Positions 40,987 through 51,261 of a stretch of 64,000 nt of DNA are shown one piece after another. The notes beneath the pieces are model-generated. The model was not told the origin of the DNA, did not search any database, and saw only the letters and a list, made by a program, of their open reading frames with translations. The stretch is from an uncultured Alphaproteobacteria bacterium (GTDB lineage Bacteria; Pseudomonadota; Alphaproteobacteria; Rhizobiales; Xanthobacteraceae): positions 315,371-379,370 of the forward strand of contig CAVZUL010000008.1 of the NCBI GenBank assembly GCA_963778455.1, read 5' to 3'. Position numbers and translations under genes: made by a program. Positions within the stretch are counted from its first letter, which is position 1. Every line of letters begins with the position of its first letter.

Positions 40987-41263
40987 ATGCTGGCATTTCT
41001 GGAACTATTCGTCTGGATCGACCATATCGCCGGGCTCGATATCGAGACGATGTCGCCGGCCAGAAGGGTTGCCTGCATCATTATTTACGGGGCCATCGGG
41101 CTCGCTCTTGTCGTGGGCGGCATCGTTTCCTTTTTCGACGATTACTCGGGCATGGGAAAGATCCTGATCGGTGTTGTGATCCTGGCTCTCGGCATCGGAT
41201 TTCTCGCTCGGATCGCCTATGGCCTTGTGGTGCTGCGCCGAATACAGCGGGAAGGCCGCCTGA
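40987..41263 (+). CDS. possible small two-TM membrane protein between pyrB and pyrC
   Basis: The first ~90 codons of ORF 40987..41775 read MLAFLELFVWIDHIAGLD...VACIIIYGAIGLALVVGGIVSFF...ILIGVVILALGIGFLARIAYGLVVL. The listed ORF then runs on through pyrC out of frame, so the true stop is unclear. Confidence 0.3.
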
Positions 41264-42575
41264 ATGCTGTCCGACCGCCGCCCGATCCTGCTCGCCAACG
41301 CCCGGATCGTCGATCCGTCGCGCGATCTCGATTTTCCCGGCGACCTGCTGATCGCCGACGGCGTGATCCGCGAGGCCAAGCGCGGCATCCACGCGGCCGG
41401 CGTGCCGGAAGGCACCGAGGTCGTCGATTGCGACGGCCGGCTGGTCGCGCCCGGCCTTGTCGACATGCGCGCCTTCATCGGCGAGCCCGGCGCCGAATAT
41501 CGCGAGACGCTCGCCTCCGCGAGCCAGGCGGCGGCCGCCGGCGGCGTCACCACCATCGTGTGCCAGCCCGACACCAATCCGGTGATCGACGATCCGGCGA
41601 TCGTCGACTTCGTGCTGCGCCGCGCGCGCGACACCGCGATCGTGCACGTGCAGCCGATGGCGGCGCTGACCAAGGGGCTCGAAGGCGCCGAGCTCGCCGA
41701 GATCGGCCTGCTCAAGGCCGCCGGCGCGGTCGCCTTCACGGACGGCGCGAAGAGCGTCGTCGAACGCGCAGGTGATGCGCCGCGCGCTGATCTACGCGGG
41801 CGACTTCGACGCGCTGGTGGTGCACCACACCGAGGACCCGAACCTGATCGGCGACGGCGTGATGAACGAGGGCGAGTTCGCCGCGCGCCTCGGCCTGTTC
41901 GGCATTCCCAAGGCCGCCGAGACCGATCATGCTGGAGCGCGACATCCGCCTCGTCGCGCTGTCGCGCGCGCGCTATCACGCGGCCTCGATCACCTGCGCG
42001 GAATCGCTCGCGGTGCTGCGCCGCGCCAAGGACGCCGGCTTCGCCGTGACGGCTGCCGCCTCGGTCAATCACCTCACGCTGAACGAGATCGACATCGGCT
42101 CCGTACCGCACCTTCTTCAAGATGTCGCCGCCGCTGCGCGCCGAGGACGACCGCGCCGCGCTGGTGCAGGCGTTGAGCGAAGGGCTGCTCGACGTGGTCA
42201 TGTCGGACCACAATCCGCAGGACGTCGAGACCAAGCGCCTGCCGTTCGCCGAGGCCGCGCCCGGCGCGATCGGACTCGAAACCATGCTGGCGGCGGGCCT
42301 GCGCCTCGTGCACAACGGCGAGATCGAAGCTGATCACGCTGCTCAAGGCGATGTCGACGCGGCCGGCCGAGTTGCTCGGCCTGCAGGCCGGCACGCTCAA
42401 GCCCGGCAGCCCGGCCGACGTGATCGTCGCCGATATCGACGTGCCGTGGGTGCTCGATCCGGCCGAGCTGAAATCGAAGTGCAAGAACACGCCGTTCGAC
42501 GAGGCGCGGCTGCAGGGCCGCGTGCTGCGCACCATCGTTGCCGGGCGCACGGTGTTTGAATACGCTTCGGCGTGA
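41264..42575 (+). pseudogene. pyrC: dihydroorotase (amidohydrolase type), four +1 frameshifts
   Basis: Consecutive pieces lie in ORFs 41264..42049 (MLSDRRPILLANARIVDPS...LVAPGLVDMRAF), 41772..42176 (VMRRALIYAGDFDALVVHHTEDP...), 41929..42333 (MLERDIRLVALSRARYHAASITC...), 42122..42559 (MSPPLRAEDDRAALVQAL...SDHNPQ...) and 42351..42575 (MSTRPAELLGL...). The shifts are near 41762, 41924, 42103 and 42327. Confidence 0.85.
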
Positions 42576-43190
42576 TGACCGGCTCGCTACTATTCTCGCG
42601 CTCTCGCCTTCGGCTATCTGCTCGGCTCGATCCCGTTCGGGCTCGTGTTCACCCGCTTGCCGGCACGCAGGACATCCGCGCCATCGGCTCCGGCAGCATC
42701 GGCGCGACCAACGTGCTGCGCACCGGCCGCAAGGGCCTCGCCGCCGCGACGCTCCTCGCCGACCTGCTGAAGGGCACCGTCGCGGTGCTGGTCATGACGT
42801 GGTGGTCCGGTCACGACACCGGACTGATCGCCGGCGCGGCCGCTTTCTTCGGCCATCTCTTTCCGGTCTGGCTCAGCTTCAAGGGCGGCAAGGGCGTCGC
42901 CACGGGCTTTGGCGTCTTGCTCGCCGTCTCGTGGAAGATCGCTTTGGCGGCTGCGGTGATCTGGATCGCGGTCGCGGCCGCGACCCGCTATTCGTCGGTC
43001 GCCTCGCTCATCGCGTCTGTTGCCGACGCCGGTCATTCTCTATTTCCTCGGCACGCCGCCTGAAGCGCTGACGTTCCTTGTGCTCGCGATCGCCACCTTC
43101 ATCATGCACCGCGCGCAACATCGCGCGGCTCTTGCAGGGAACCGAGGGAAAGATCGGCCAGAAGGCCGAAGCTTGCGCGTGGCGACGTGA
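42572..43190 (+). pseudogene. plsY: glycerol-3-phosphate acyltransferase PlsY, at least 4 frameshifts
   Basis: The start, GTGATGA, overlaps the pyrC stop. [20 protein letters not shown] (frame 0), [26 protein letters not shown]...[12 protein letters not shown] (ORF 42572..43063), [29 protein letters not shown], and [17 protein letters not shown] are each in a different frame. The end is approximate. Confidence 0.8.
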
Positions 43191-44304
43191 CCGCGTCCGA
43201 GCTGACCGACGAGGAGCGGCTCGATTGGCTGCGGCTCATCCGATCGGACAATGTCGGACCCCGGACGTTCCGATCGCTGCTGCGCCACTACGGCAGCGCG
43301 CGCGCGGCACTCGAGGCGTTGCCGGAGCTCGCGCGGCGCGGCGGCGCGACGCGCGCCGATCCGCATCTGCCCGCGCGCCGATGCCGAACGCGAGATCGAG
43401 ACGGCGCAACGGCTCGGCGCGACATTCGTCGCGAGTCAGCGAAGCCGACTACCCGCATCGGCTCGCCGCGATCGACGATGCGCCGCCGCTGATCGCGGTA
43501 CGCGGCAATCGTGGCGGCGCTCGCGCGGCCGATGATCGCGATGGTCGGTTCGCGCAATGCGTCCGCCGCAGGGCTGAAGTTCGCCGAGCGGCTCGCGCGC
43601 GAACTCGGCGAGGCGGGCTTCGTGATCGCGTCGGGGCTCGCGCGCGGCATCGATGCGGCGGCGCATCGCGCGAGCCTCTCCACCGGCACCGTCGCGGTGC
43701 TCGCCGGCGGCCACGACCGGATCTATCCGGAGCAGCATACCGATTTGCTCGAGGCGCTGCTTTGCGCGAAGGCGCCGCCATCACCGAGATGCCGTTCGGC
43801 TGGGAGCCCCGCGCGCTGGATTTTCCACGCCGCAATCGCATGATCTCCGGCCTCTCGCTCGGCGTCGTCATCGTCGAGGCGGCGAAGCGCTCCGGCTCGC
43901 TCATCACCGCACGCTTTGCGCTCGAACAAGGCCGCGAGGTGTTCGCCGTGCCCGGTTCTCCGATCGATCCGCGCGCGGAAGGCACCAATGGGCTGCTCAA
44001 GCAGGGTGCGACGCTGGTCACGGAAGCCGCCGACGTGGTCTCGGTGCTGGAACCGATCCTCGGTCAGCGCAGCGGACTATCGGCACGCGAACCGGACGGC
44101 GGTGAGGAACCGGTATTCGCAGATGAACCCGACGACGAGGCGCGCGCCCGCATCGTGGAACTGCTCGGTCCGGCACCGGTCGGCCTCGACGATCTGGTGC
44201 GGCTGTCGAATTCGACGCCCGCGAGGGTCCGGACGGTTTTGCTGGAACTCGAGCTTGCGGGACGGATCGAACGCCAAGGAGGCGGGCTGGTGGCCCTCAC
44301 CTAA
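43187..44304 (+). pseudogene. dprA: DNA-processing protein DprA, about 4 frameshifts
   Basis: The pieces are in ORF 43187..43492 ([32 protein letters not shown]...), 43251..43535 ([26 protein letters not shown]), 43078..44304 ([24 protein letters not shown]), 43511..43843 ([25 protein letters not shown]...[15 protein letters not shown]) and 43078..44304 again ([10 protein letters not shown]...[28 protein letters not shown]...). Confidence 0.85.
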
Positions 44305-44317
44305 GCGGCACGGAGGC

Positions 44318-44760
44318 CTACTTCTTCTTGGCCTCGCCTTCGTCTGCCGCCAGTGGGCGTCCGCCACGCTGGACAATCTCCTCAGCCTCAAGCCGCGCCA
44401 TATCGAGAAGGTATCCTAGTGTGTCAAGGTGATGTCGGCGGACGAGAATGGCTAACTCGGCCAGGAGCCCAGCCACATAGGAGGCCGCCTCCTCGGGTTG
44501 TCGCCCAAGGGAACCGGAGAAACCGCCAAATTGCCGACTGTGCTCGGTTTTGGGCGCGACACTTGCGATTCCCGGATCAAGGCCTGAGCCGCCGTCTTAC
44601 GGCTAATGGTAGTTACGGCGGTGCGGCTCTTTGTATAAGTGTAAGAATGCGCGGTAGCGCTCTCATAGGTTGCAATCGTATCGCGTTGCCGCAGCGTCGG
44701 ACCCGCCAAGTTAACCCTTGCCGCCCGCATTGATTTGACAGGGACGGCCTCATTACCCAT
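44318..44760 (-). pseudogene. hypothetical protein, apparent frameshift near 44525
   Basis: ORF 44452..44760 (MGNEAVPVKSMRAARVNLAGPTLRQRD...) is continued in an unlisted frame: FGGFSGSLGRQPEEAASYVAGLLAELAILVRRHHLDTLGYLLDMARLEAEEIVQRGGRPLAADEGEAKKK, with a stop at 44318-44320. It is visibly less GC-rich than its neighbours. I recognise no motif. Confidence 0.4.
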
Positions 44761-44833
44761 GTTCCGCCCGACTCAGGGCACCCGCGGCAGGACCCCGGCC
44801 GCCCCGAGATAAGCGAAATTTGCTAGGGATTTC

Positions 44834-47490
44834 ATGAACATCGTTGTTGTTGAGTCACCCGCGAAGGCGAAGACGATCAATAAATATCTGGGGCCAGGCT
44901 ACGAAGTCCTGGCCTCCTTCGGTCATGTGCGCGACCTGCCGGCCAAGAACGGATCGGTCGATCCGGACGACGATTTCCACATGATCTGGGAGATCGACGC
45001 CAAGGCGGACAAGCGCCTCGCCGACATCGCCCAGGCCGTCAAGGGCGCCGACAAGCTGATCCTCGCCACCGACCCCGACCGCGAGGGCGAGGCGATCTCC
45101 TGGCACGTCCTGGAGGTGCTGAAGCAGAAGCACGCGCTGAAGGACCAGAAGATCGAGCGCGTCGTCTTCAACGCCATCACCAAGCAGGCGGTCGTCGAAG
45201 CCATGAGGAACCCGCGCGCCATCGACGGCGCGCTGGTCGACGCGTATCTGGCGCGCCGCGCGCTCGACTATCTGGTCGGCTTCACACTCTCGCCGGTGCT
45301 GTGGCGCAAGCTCCCGGGCGCACGCTCGGCCGGGCGTGTGCAGTCGGTCGCGCTGCGGCTCGTGGCCGACCGCGAACTCGAAATCGAGAAATTCGTCGCG
45401 CGCGAATACTGGTCGCTGGTCGCGACGCTCGCGACGCCGCGCAGCGATACGTTCGACGCGCGCCTCGTCGGCGCCGACGGCAAGAAGATCCAGCGGCTCG
45501 ACATCGGTTCGGGCGCCGAAGCCGAGCAATTCAAGCGCGACCTCGAGACCGCGCAGTTCAGCGTGGCGTCAGTCGAGGCGAAGCCCGGCAAGCGCAATCC
45601 CCCGCCGCCGTTCACCACATCCACCATGCAGCAGGAAGCAAGCCGCAAGCTCGGCTTTGCGCCGGCGCACACGATGCGGGTGGCGCAGCGCCTGTACGAA
45701 GGCGTCGACATCGGCGGCGAGACGGTCGGCCTCATCACCTATATGCGCACCGACGGCGTGTTCATGGCAGGCGAAGCGATCGGCGCGATCCGCACCGACG
45801 ATCGCGTCGCAATTACGGCAAGCAATACGTGCCGGATGCGCCGCGCAACTATCAGAACAAGCAGAAGACCGCGCAGGAAGCGCACGAAGCCGTGCGCCCG
45901 ACCGACGTGTCGCACCGTCCGCGCGATGTCGCAAAGTTTCTCGATTCCGATCAGGCCAAGCTGTACGAGCTGATCTGGCTGCGCGCGATGGCGAGCCAGA
46001 TGGAATCGGCGGAGCTCGAGCGCACCACCGTCGACATCGCCGCCAAGGTCGGCGCGCGCGATGCTCGATCTGCGCGCGACCGGCACCGTGATCAAGTTCG
46101 ACGGCTTCCTCACGCTCTATCAGGAAGGCGAGGACGACGCGCAGGACGACGATGAGAGCAAGCGCCTGCCCGCGATGAACCAGGGCGAAGCACTCGCCAA
46201 GCGCGCGATTGCCGCGACCCAGCACTTCACCGAGCCGCCGCCGCGCTATTCGGAAGCCTCGCTGGTCAAGCGCATGGAAGAGCTCGGCATCGGCCGCCCC
46301 TCGACCTATGCGTCGATCCTGCAGGTGCTGAAGGACCGCAACTACGTGCGGCTGGACAAGAAGCGCCTCCACGCCGAGGACAAGGGCCGCGTCGTCGTCG
46401 CGTTTCTGGAGAACTTCTTCGCCCGCTACGTCGAATACGACTACACGGCAGGCCTGGAGGAGGACCTCGACCGCATCGCGAACAGCGAGGTCGACTGGCG
46501 CGAGGTGCTGCGCGATTTCTGGCGCGACTTCATCGGCGCGGTGGACAGCATCAAGGATGTGCGCGTCAGCGAAGTCCTCGATGTGCTCGACGACATGCTT
46601 GGCGCCGCATCTCTTCCCGCCGAACAAGGACGGCACCGATCCGCGGGTGTGCCAGACCTGCGGCAACGGCCGCCTCGGCCTGAAGCTCGGCCGGTTCGGC
46701 GCCTTCATCGGCTGCTCGAACTATCCGGACTGCAATTTCACCCGGCAGCTTGCCGCCAACGGCGCGGCGCAGCGCCGACAAGGTGCTCGGCAAGGACCCC
46801 GAGAGCGGCCTCGATGTCGCGATCAAGACCGGCCGGTTCGGGACTTATCTCCAGCTCGGCGAGACGCCGAAGGACAAGAGGAGAAGCCGAAGCGCGCCGG
46901 CATCCCGAAGGGTACCGTCTCTCGACGATATGACGCTTGAACTCGCGCTCAGGCTGCTCTCGCTGCCGCGCGAAATCGGCAAGAGTCCCGAAGACGGCGA
47001 GCCGATCATGGCCGGCATCGGGCGCTTCGGCCCCTATGTGCAGCATGGCAAGACCTACGCCAATCTCGATTCCAGCGAGGACGTGTTCACCATCGGCCTC
47101 AACCGCGCAGTCACGCTGATCGCCGAGAAGCGCGCCAATCCCGGCAAAGGCCGGCGCTTCGGCGGCGATCCAGGCCGTTCGCTCGGCGATCATCCGCAGC
47201 GCGGCGGACCGATCCTGGTCAAGAAGGGGCGCTACGGTCCCTACGTGACCAACAGCGGCATCAACGCCACCATCCCGGACAACATTACGCCGGACGAGAT
47301 CACGCTCGATCAGGCGGTCACGCTGATCGAGGCGCGCGCCGAGAAGACCGGAGCGAAGCCCGCACCGCGGCGCAAGGGACCGCGCAAGGCCGATGCCCGT
47401 GTCGCGAAGCCGGCGCCGGAAGCCAAGAAAGCCCCAAAGCCCAAGAAGAAGGTTGCCAAGCCACGCAAGACCATCACGGCGGCCGAATGA
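44834..47490 (+). pseudogene. topA: DNA topoisomerase I, at least 6 frame changes
   Basis: The pieces are MNIVVVESPAKAKTINKYLG...TYMRTDG (ORF 44834..45973), YGKQYVPDAPRNYQNKQKTAQEAHEAVRPTD... (45301..46155), MLDLRATGTVIKFDGF...RYSEASLVKRMEELGIGRPSTYASI (46061..46933), HLFPPNKDGTDPRVCQTCGNGRLGLK...CSNYPDC (46557..46940), and ADKVLGKDPESGLDV...GRFGPYVQHG...GRYGPYV plus a Lys-rich tail (46750..47490). The shifts are near 45800, 46058, 46600, 46770, 46878 and 46920. Confidence 0.9.
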
Positions 47491-47536
47491 TTCCGGGCTG
47501 GCGATTGCGCCGGCCTGGCCTTACCTTTCCGTCATC

Positions 47537-49817
47537 TTGAAGAAATCCGCCAAGAAGCCTCGGCCGGCTGGCCTTCCCTCCCGCGAAGACCTCCTCGCCT
47601 TCATCGGCACGCACAAGGGCAAGGCCGGCGTGCGCGAGATCGCGCGCGCATTCGGCCTGAAGAACGCGGACCGCGCCGCGCTGCGGCAGATGCTGCGCGG
47701 GCTTGCAGAACGAGGGAACGGTCAAGACGCGGCGCAAGAAGCTGCATCACGCCGGCACCCTGCCCTCTGTGGTGCTCGCCGACATCACACACCGCGATGC
47801 CGACGGCGAACTGATCGCGGTCCCGACCGAATGGGACACCGAGGCGCATGGCGAGGCGCCGCGCATCCGCATCCATGTTCCGCGCAAGGCGCGCCCCGCC
47901 GAGATCCCCGGCGTCGGCGACCGCGTGCTGACGCGCACCGAGGAAACCGGCGAGGAAGGCGAACCGATCCGCCACACCGGCCGCGTCATCAAGATCCTCG
48001 ATCGCGCCAAGCTGCGTCAGCTCGGCATCTTCCGCGCGCTGCCCAGCGGCGGCGGGCGGCTGGAGCCGGTCGACAAGAAGCAGCTCGGCCGCGAGCTTAG
48101 CGTTCCGCCCGGCGCGACCGCGAACGCGAAGGACGGCGACCTCGTGGCGGTCGAGGTGACGCAACAGGGCCGCTTCGGTCTCGCGACCGCGCAGGTGAAG
48201 GAACGGCTCGGCTCGCTCAAGAGCGAGCGCGCGGCCAGCTTCATCGCGATCCACGCGCACGAGATCCCGCATGTCTTTCGCCGCGAGGCGCTGGCCGAGG
48301 CGGAAGCCGCGCGCCCGGCTGGGCTGGCGGGCCGCGAGGACTGGCGCCAGATGCCGCTGGTCACGATCGATCCGGCCGACGCCAAGGACCACGACGACGC
48401 GGTGCACGCCGTCGCCGACACCGATCCGAAAAATCCCGGTGGCTTCATCGTCACCGTCGCGATCGCGGACGTCGCCCACTACGTGACGCCCGGCTCGGCA
48501 CTCGACCGCGAGGCGCTGGTGCGCGGCAACTCGGTCTATTTCCCCGACCAGGTCGTGCCGATGCTGCCCGAGCGCATCTCGAACGATCTGTGTTCGCTGC
48601 GCCCGAACGAGGACCGCGCAGCGCTAGCGGTGCGCATGGTGATCGGCGCGGATGGGCGCAAGCGTGAGCACATCTTCCATCGCGTGCTGATGCGCTCGGC
48701 CGCGAAGCTGCATTACGCGCAGGCGCAGGATGCGGCCGACGGCCGCCCGGACGAAACGACGAGGCCCCTGCTCTCATCGGTGATCGAGCCGCTCTATGCC
48801 GCCTACCGCACAAGGCTGCGCGAGCGCACAGAGCGCCAGCCGCTCGATCTCGACCTGCCCGAGCGCAAGATCCTGCTCAAGCCTGACGGCACGGTCGATC
48901 GCGTGATCGTCCCGCCGCGCCTCGATGCGCACCGGCTGATCGAGGAGTTCATGATCCTCGCCAATGTGGCGGCAGCCGAGACGCTGGAACGCGCGCGCAC
49001 GCCGCTGATCTATCGCGTGCACGACGAGCCGAGCCCGGAGAAGATCGAGGCGCTGCGCGAATTTCTCGACACGCTCGACATCCGGCTCGCCAAGGGCCAG
49101 GCGATGCGGCCGGGCGACTTCAACAAGATTCTGGCGCGTGTACGCGGCACCGAGCACGAACAGCTGGTCAACGAGGTGGTGCTGCGCTCACAGGCGCAGG
49201 CGGAGTATTCAGCCGAGAACTACGGCCATTTCGGCCTCAACCTGCGCCGCTATGCGCACTTCACCTCGCCGATCCGCCGCTACGCCGATCTCGTGGTGCA
49301 CCGCGCGCTGATCCGCGCGCAGCATCTCGGCTCCGACGGCCTGCCGAATACCATGGACGTGCCCGCGCTGAACGAGATCGCGGCGCGCATCTCGGCGGCC
49401 GAGCGGCGCGCCATGAAGGCCGAGCGCGAGACGGTCGACCGGCTGATCGCAAACTTCCTTGCCGACCGCGTCGGCGCGACATTCGAGGGCCGCATCAGCG
49501 GCGTCACGCGCGCCGGCCTGTTCGTGAAGCTGAACGAGACCGGCGCCGATGGCTTCATTCCGGCGCGCACGCTCGGCGACGACTACTTCCGCTATCACGA
49601 GGCGCGCCACGCCCTGATCGGCGACCATACCGGCGAGAGCTATCGGCTCGGCGACGCGGTCAGCGTGAAGCTGGTCGAGGCGGCGCCGGTCGCCGGCGCG
49701 CTGCGATTCGAGCTTTTGTCCGAAGGGCGCTATGAAACCGGAACCAAGCGCCACGCCGGCCGCAAGCGGTTCGAGCGTCCGAAATCGGGGCCCAAGCGCT
49801 CCATGCGTCGAAGATAA
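47537..49817 (+). pseudogene. rnr: ribonuclease R, one frameshift near 47705
   Basis: The N-terminal winged-helix part (KKSAKKPRPAGLPSREDLLAFIGTHKGKAGVREIARAFGL...MLRGLA) is in ORF 47393..48100. The rest is in ORF 47703..49817 (TIDPADAKDHDDAV...YFPDQVVPMLPE...HFGLNLRRYAHFTSPIRRYADL, S1 domain, basic tail). The start (TTG 47537) is tentative. Confidence 0.85.
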
Positions 49818-49833
49818 GAAGAACTGAGTATGA

Positions 49834-50562
49834 GTGAGCATTGCCGAGCGCCTGACCAAGGTCGAGCGCGACCAGAGCCACCCGAACCTCAAGCCGCGCG
49901 ATGCCGCGACCTTGATCGTGGTCGACCGCTCGGGTCCGGCGCCAAAGGTGCTGCTCGGCCGGCGCCACGCCGGCCTGAAGTTCATGGCGGGAAAGTTCGT
50001 GTTTCCCGGCGGCCGGATGGAGCCCGGCGACCGCAAGATGCCGGTCGCGAGCGAACTCGACACCCACGCCGGCGCCCGCCTGATGCGCGGCGTGCAGCGT
50101 CCGAGCCTGAGCAAGGCGCGCGCGCTCGCGCTCGCGGCGATCCGCGAGACCTACGAGGAGACCGGCCTGCTGCTCGGCAAGCGCGTCGACGCCGTCCCGG
50201 CGGTGCCGGAAGGTCCCTGGAAGGCTTTCGCGGAGGCGGGTGTGCTCCCCGACCTTGCGGAACTGCACTTCATCGTGCGCGCGATCACGCCGCCGCGCCG
50301 CCCGCGCCGCTTCGATGCGCGGTTCTTCGCCGTCGACGCCAGCGCCATCGCGCACCGGGTCGAGGGCAAGGTCGGCCCCGACAGCGAACTGGTCGAGCTG
50401 GTGTGGCTGCCGATCGCCGAGGCCAAGAGTCAGGACCTGCCGACCATCACGCAGGTCGCGCTGGACGAGTTGCAGGCCCGCGTCGCCAAGGGTTTTGGCC
50501 ACGACCTGCCCTCGCCGTTCTACCGCATGCTGCACAAGAAGTTCGTGCGCGCGGAGCTGTAG
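49834..50562 (+). CDS. NUDIX-family hydrolase
   Basis: The 242-aa ORF contains FPGGRMEPGD ... AAIRETYEETGLL, Nudix box elements with a long insert between them. Confidence 0.7.
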   Translation: MSIAERLTKVERDQSHPNLKPRDAATLIVVDRSGPAPKVLLGRRHAGLKFMAGKFVFPGGRMEPGDRKMPVASELDTHAGARLMRGVQRPSLSKARALALAAIRETYEETGLLLGKRVDAVPAVPEGPWKAFAEAGVLPDLAELHFIVRAITPPRRPRRFDARFFAVDASAIAHRVEGKVGPDSELVELVWLPIAEAKSQDLPTITQVALDELQARVAKGFGHDLPSPFYRMLHKKFVRAEL

Positions 50563-50637
50563 GCCTCCGCAAGCAGCGATTTTCTTGACTTTCGGGCCCC
50601 GCCGCTAGGGTCCGGCCAAATTTCAGGAGAAGTTCAA

Positions 50638-50805
50638 ATGGCCAAGGCCACCACGATCAAGGTCAAGCTCGTGTCGAGCGCCGACACCGGCTTCTATTAC
50701 GTGACCCAGAAGAATTCGCGCACCATGACCGACAAGCTCGTCAAGAAGAAATACGATCCGGTCGCCAAGAAGCACGTCGAATTCCGCGAGGCGAAGATCA
50801 AGTAG
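50638..50805 (+). CDS. rpmG: 50S ribosomal protein L33
   Basis: Not in the ORF track (55 aa). AGGAGA precedes the ATG. The translation is [55 protein letters not shown]. Confidence 0.92.
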   Translation: MAKATTIKVKLVSSADTGFYYVTQKNSRTMTDKLVKKKYDPVAKKHVEFREAKIK

Positions 50806-50828
50806 GGCTCGCACCACGGCCTTTTGCG

Positions 50829-50857
50829 AGGGCGCCTTTCGGGGCGCCCTTTGCGTT
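50829..50857 (+). terminator. hairpin terminator after rpmG
   Basis: The hairpin agggcgcc-tttcg-ggcgccct is followed by ttgcgtt. The T-tract is weak. Confidence 0.6.
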
Positions 50858-50870
50858 AGACCGCCGTTTC

Positions 50871-50949
50871 GTCATTGCGAGGAGCGCAGCGACGAAGCAA
50901 TCTAGTCAGCTCAATAAAAGCTGGATTGCTTCGCTTCGCTCGCAATGAC
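50871..50949. repeat. REP-like inverted repeat, family 3 (gtcattgcgagg...cgcaatgac)
   Basis: The left arm is gtcattgcgaggagcgcagcgacgaagcaatc. The right arm, gattgcttcgcttcgctcgcaatgac, is its imperfect reverse complement. The spacer is about 20 nt and AT-rich. Confidence 0.75.
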
Positions 50950-51261
50950 AGGGACTGAATGAAGGTGGCCGGCCGGGAGCGGTGTCTTTGAGGAGGCCAC
51001 TCACACCGTCCCGGACCGGCCGAACCCCACGGGTGTCAGGAGATGCGGCGGACCTGAGCATTCCGTAGGGTTATCAAAGCGATATGGAGCGATTTTCACG
51101 CGGACTTTAAGCCCGCTGCGGGTCGCTCTGGAGCCCTTGGGCTCTGCGTGCAAGCTAAATGAACCGAGGCGGAAAGCAACGCTGACCGCCCCTCAAGCGT
51201 GGAGAGATTCGCCGGTAGTGTAAAGGGTTAGGGTTTACGCGGAACTCGCGCCGGGCGGCGC

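Noticed and set aside
43078-44304. 408-aa ORF taken at face value as one dprA gene
   Set aside because: Its first ~230 codons are out-of-frame readings of plsY and the dprA 5' part. The real DprA pieces are distributed over four listed ORFs.
50950-51261. Possible ncRNA in the ~300-nt gap downstream of pleD (I checked by eye for tmRNA, 6S, SRP and RNase P signatures)
   Set aside because: I could identify only weak local hairpins and no recognisable conserved core sequence. A covariance-model scan would be needed, so it is not reported as a feature.
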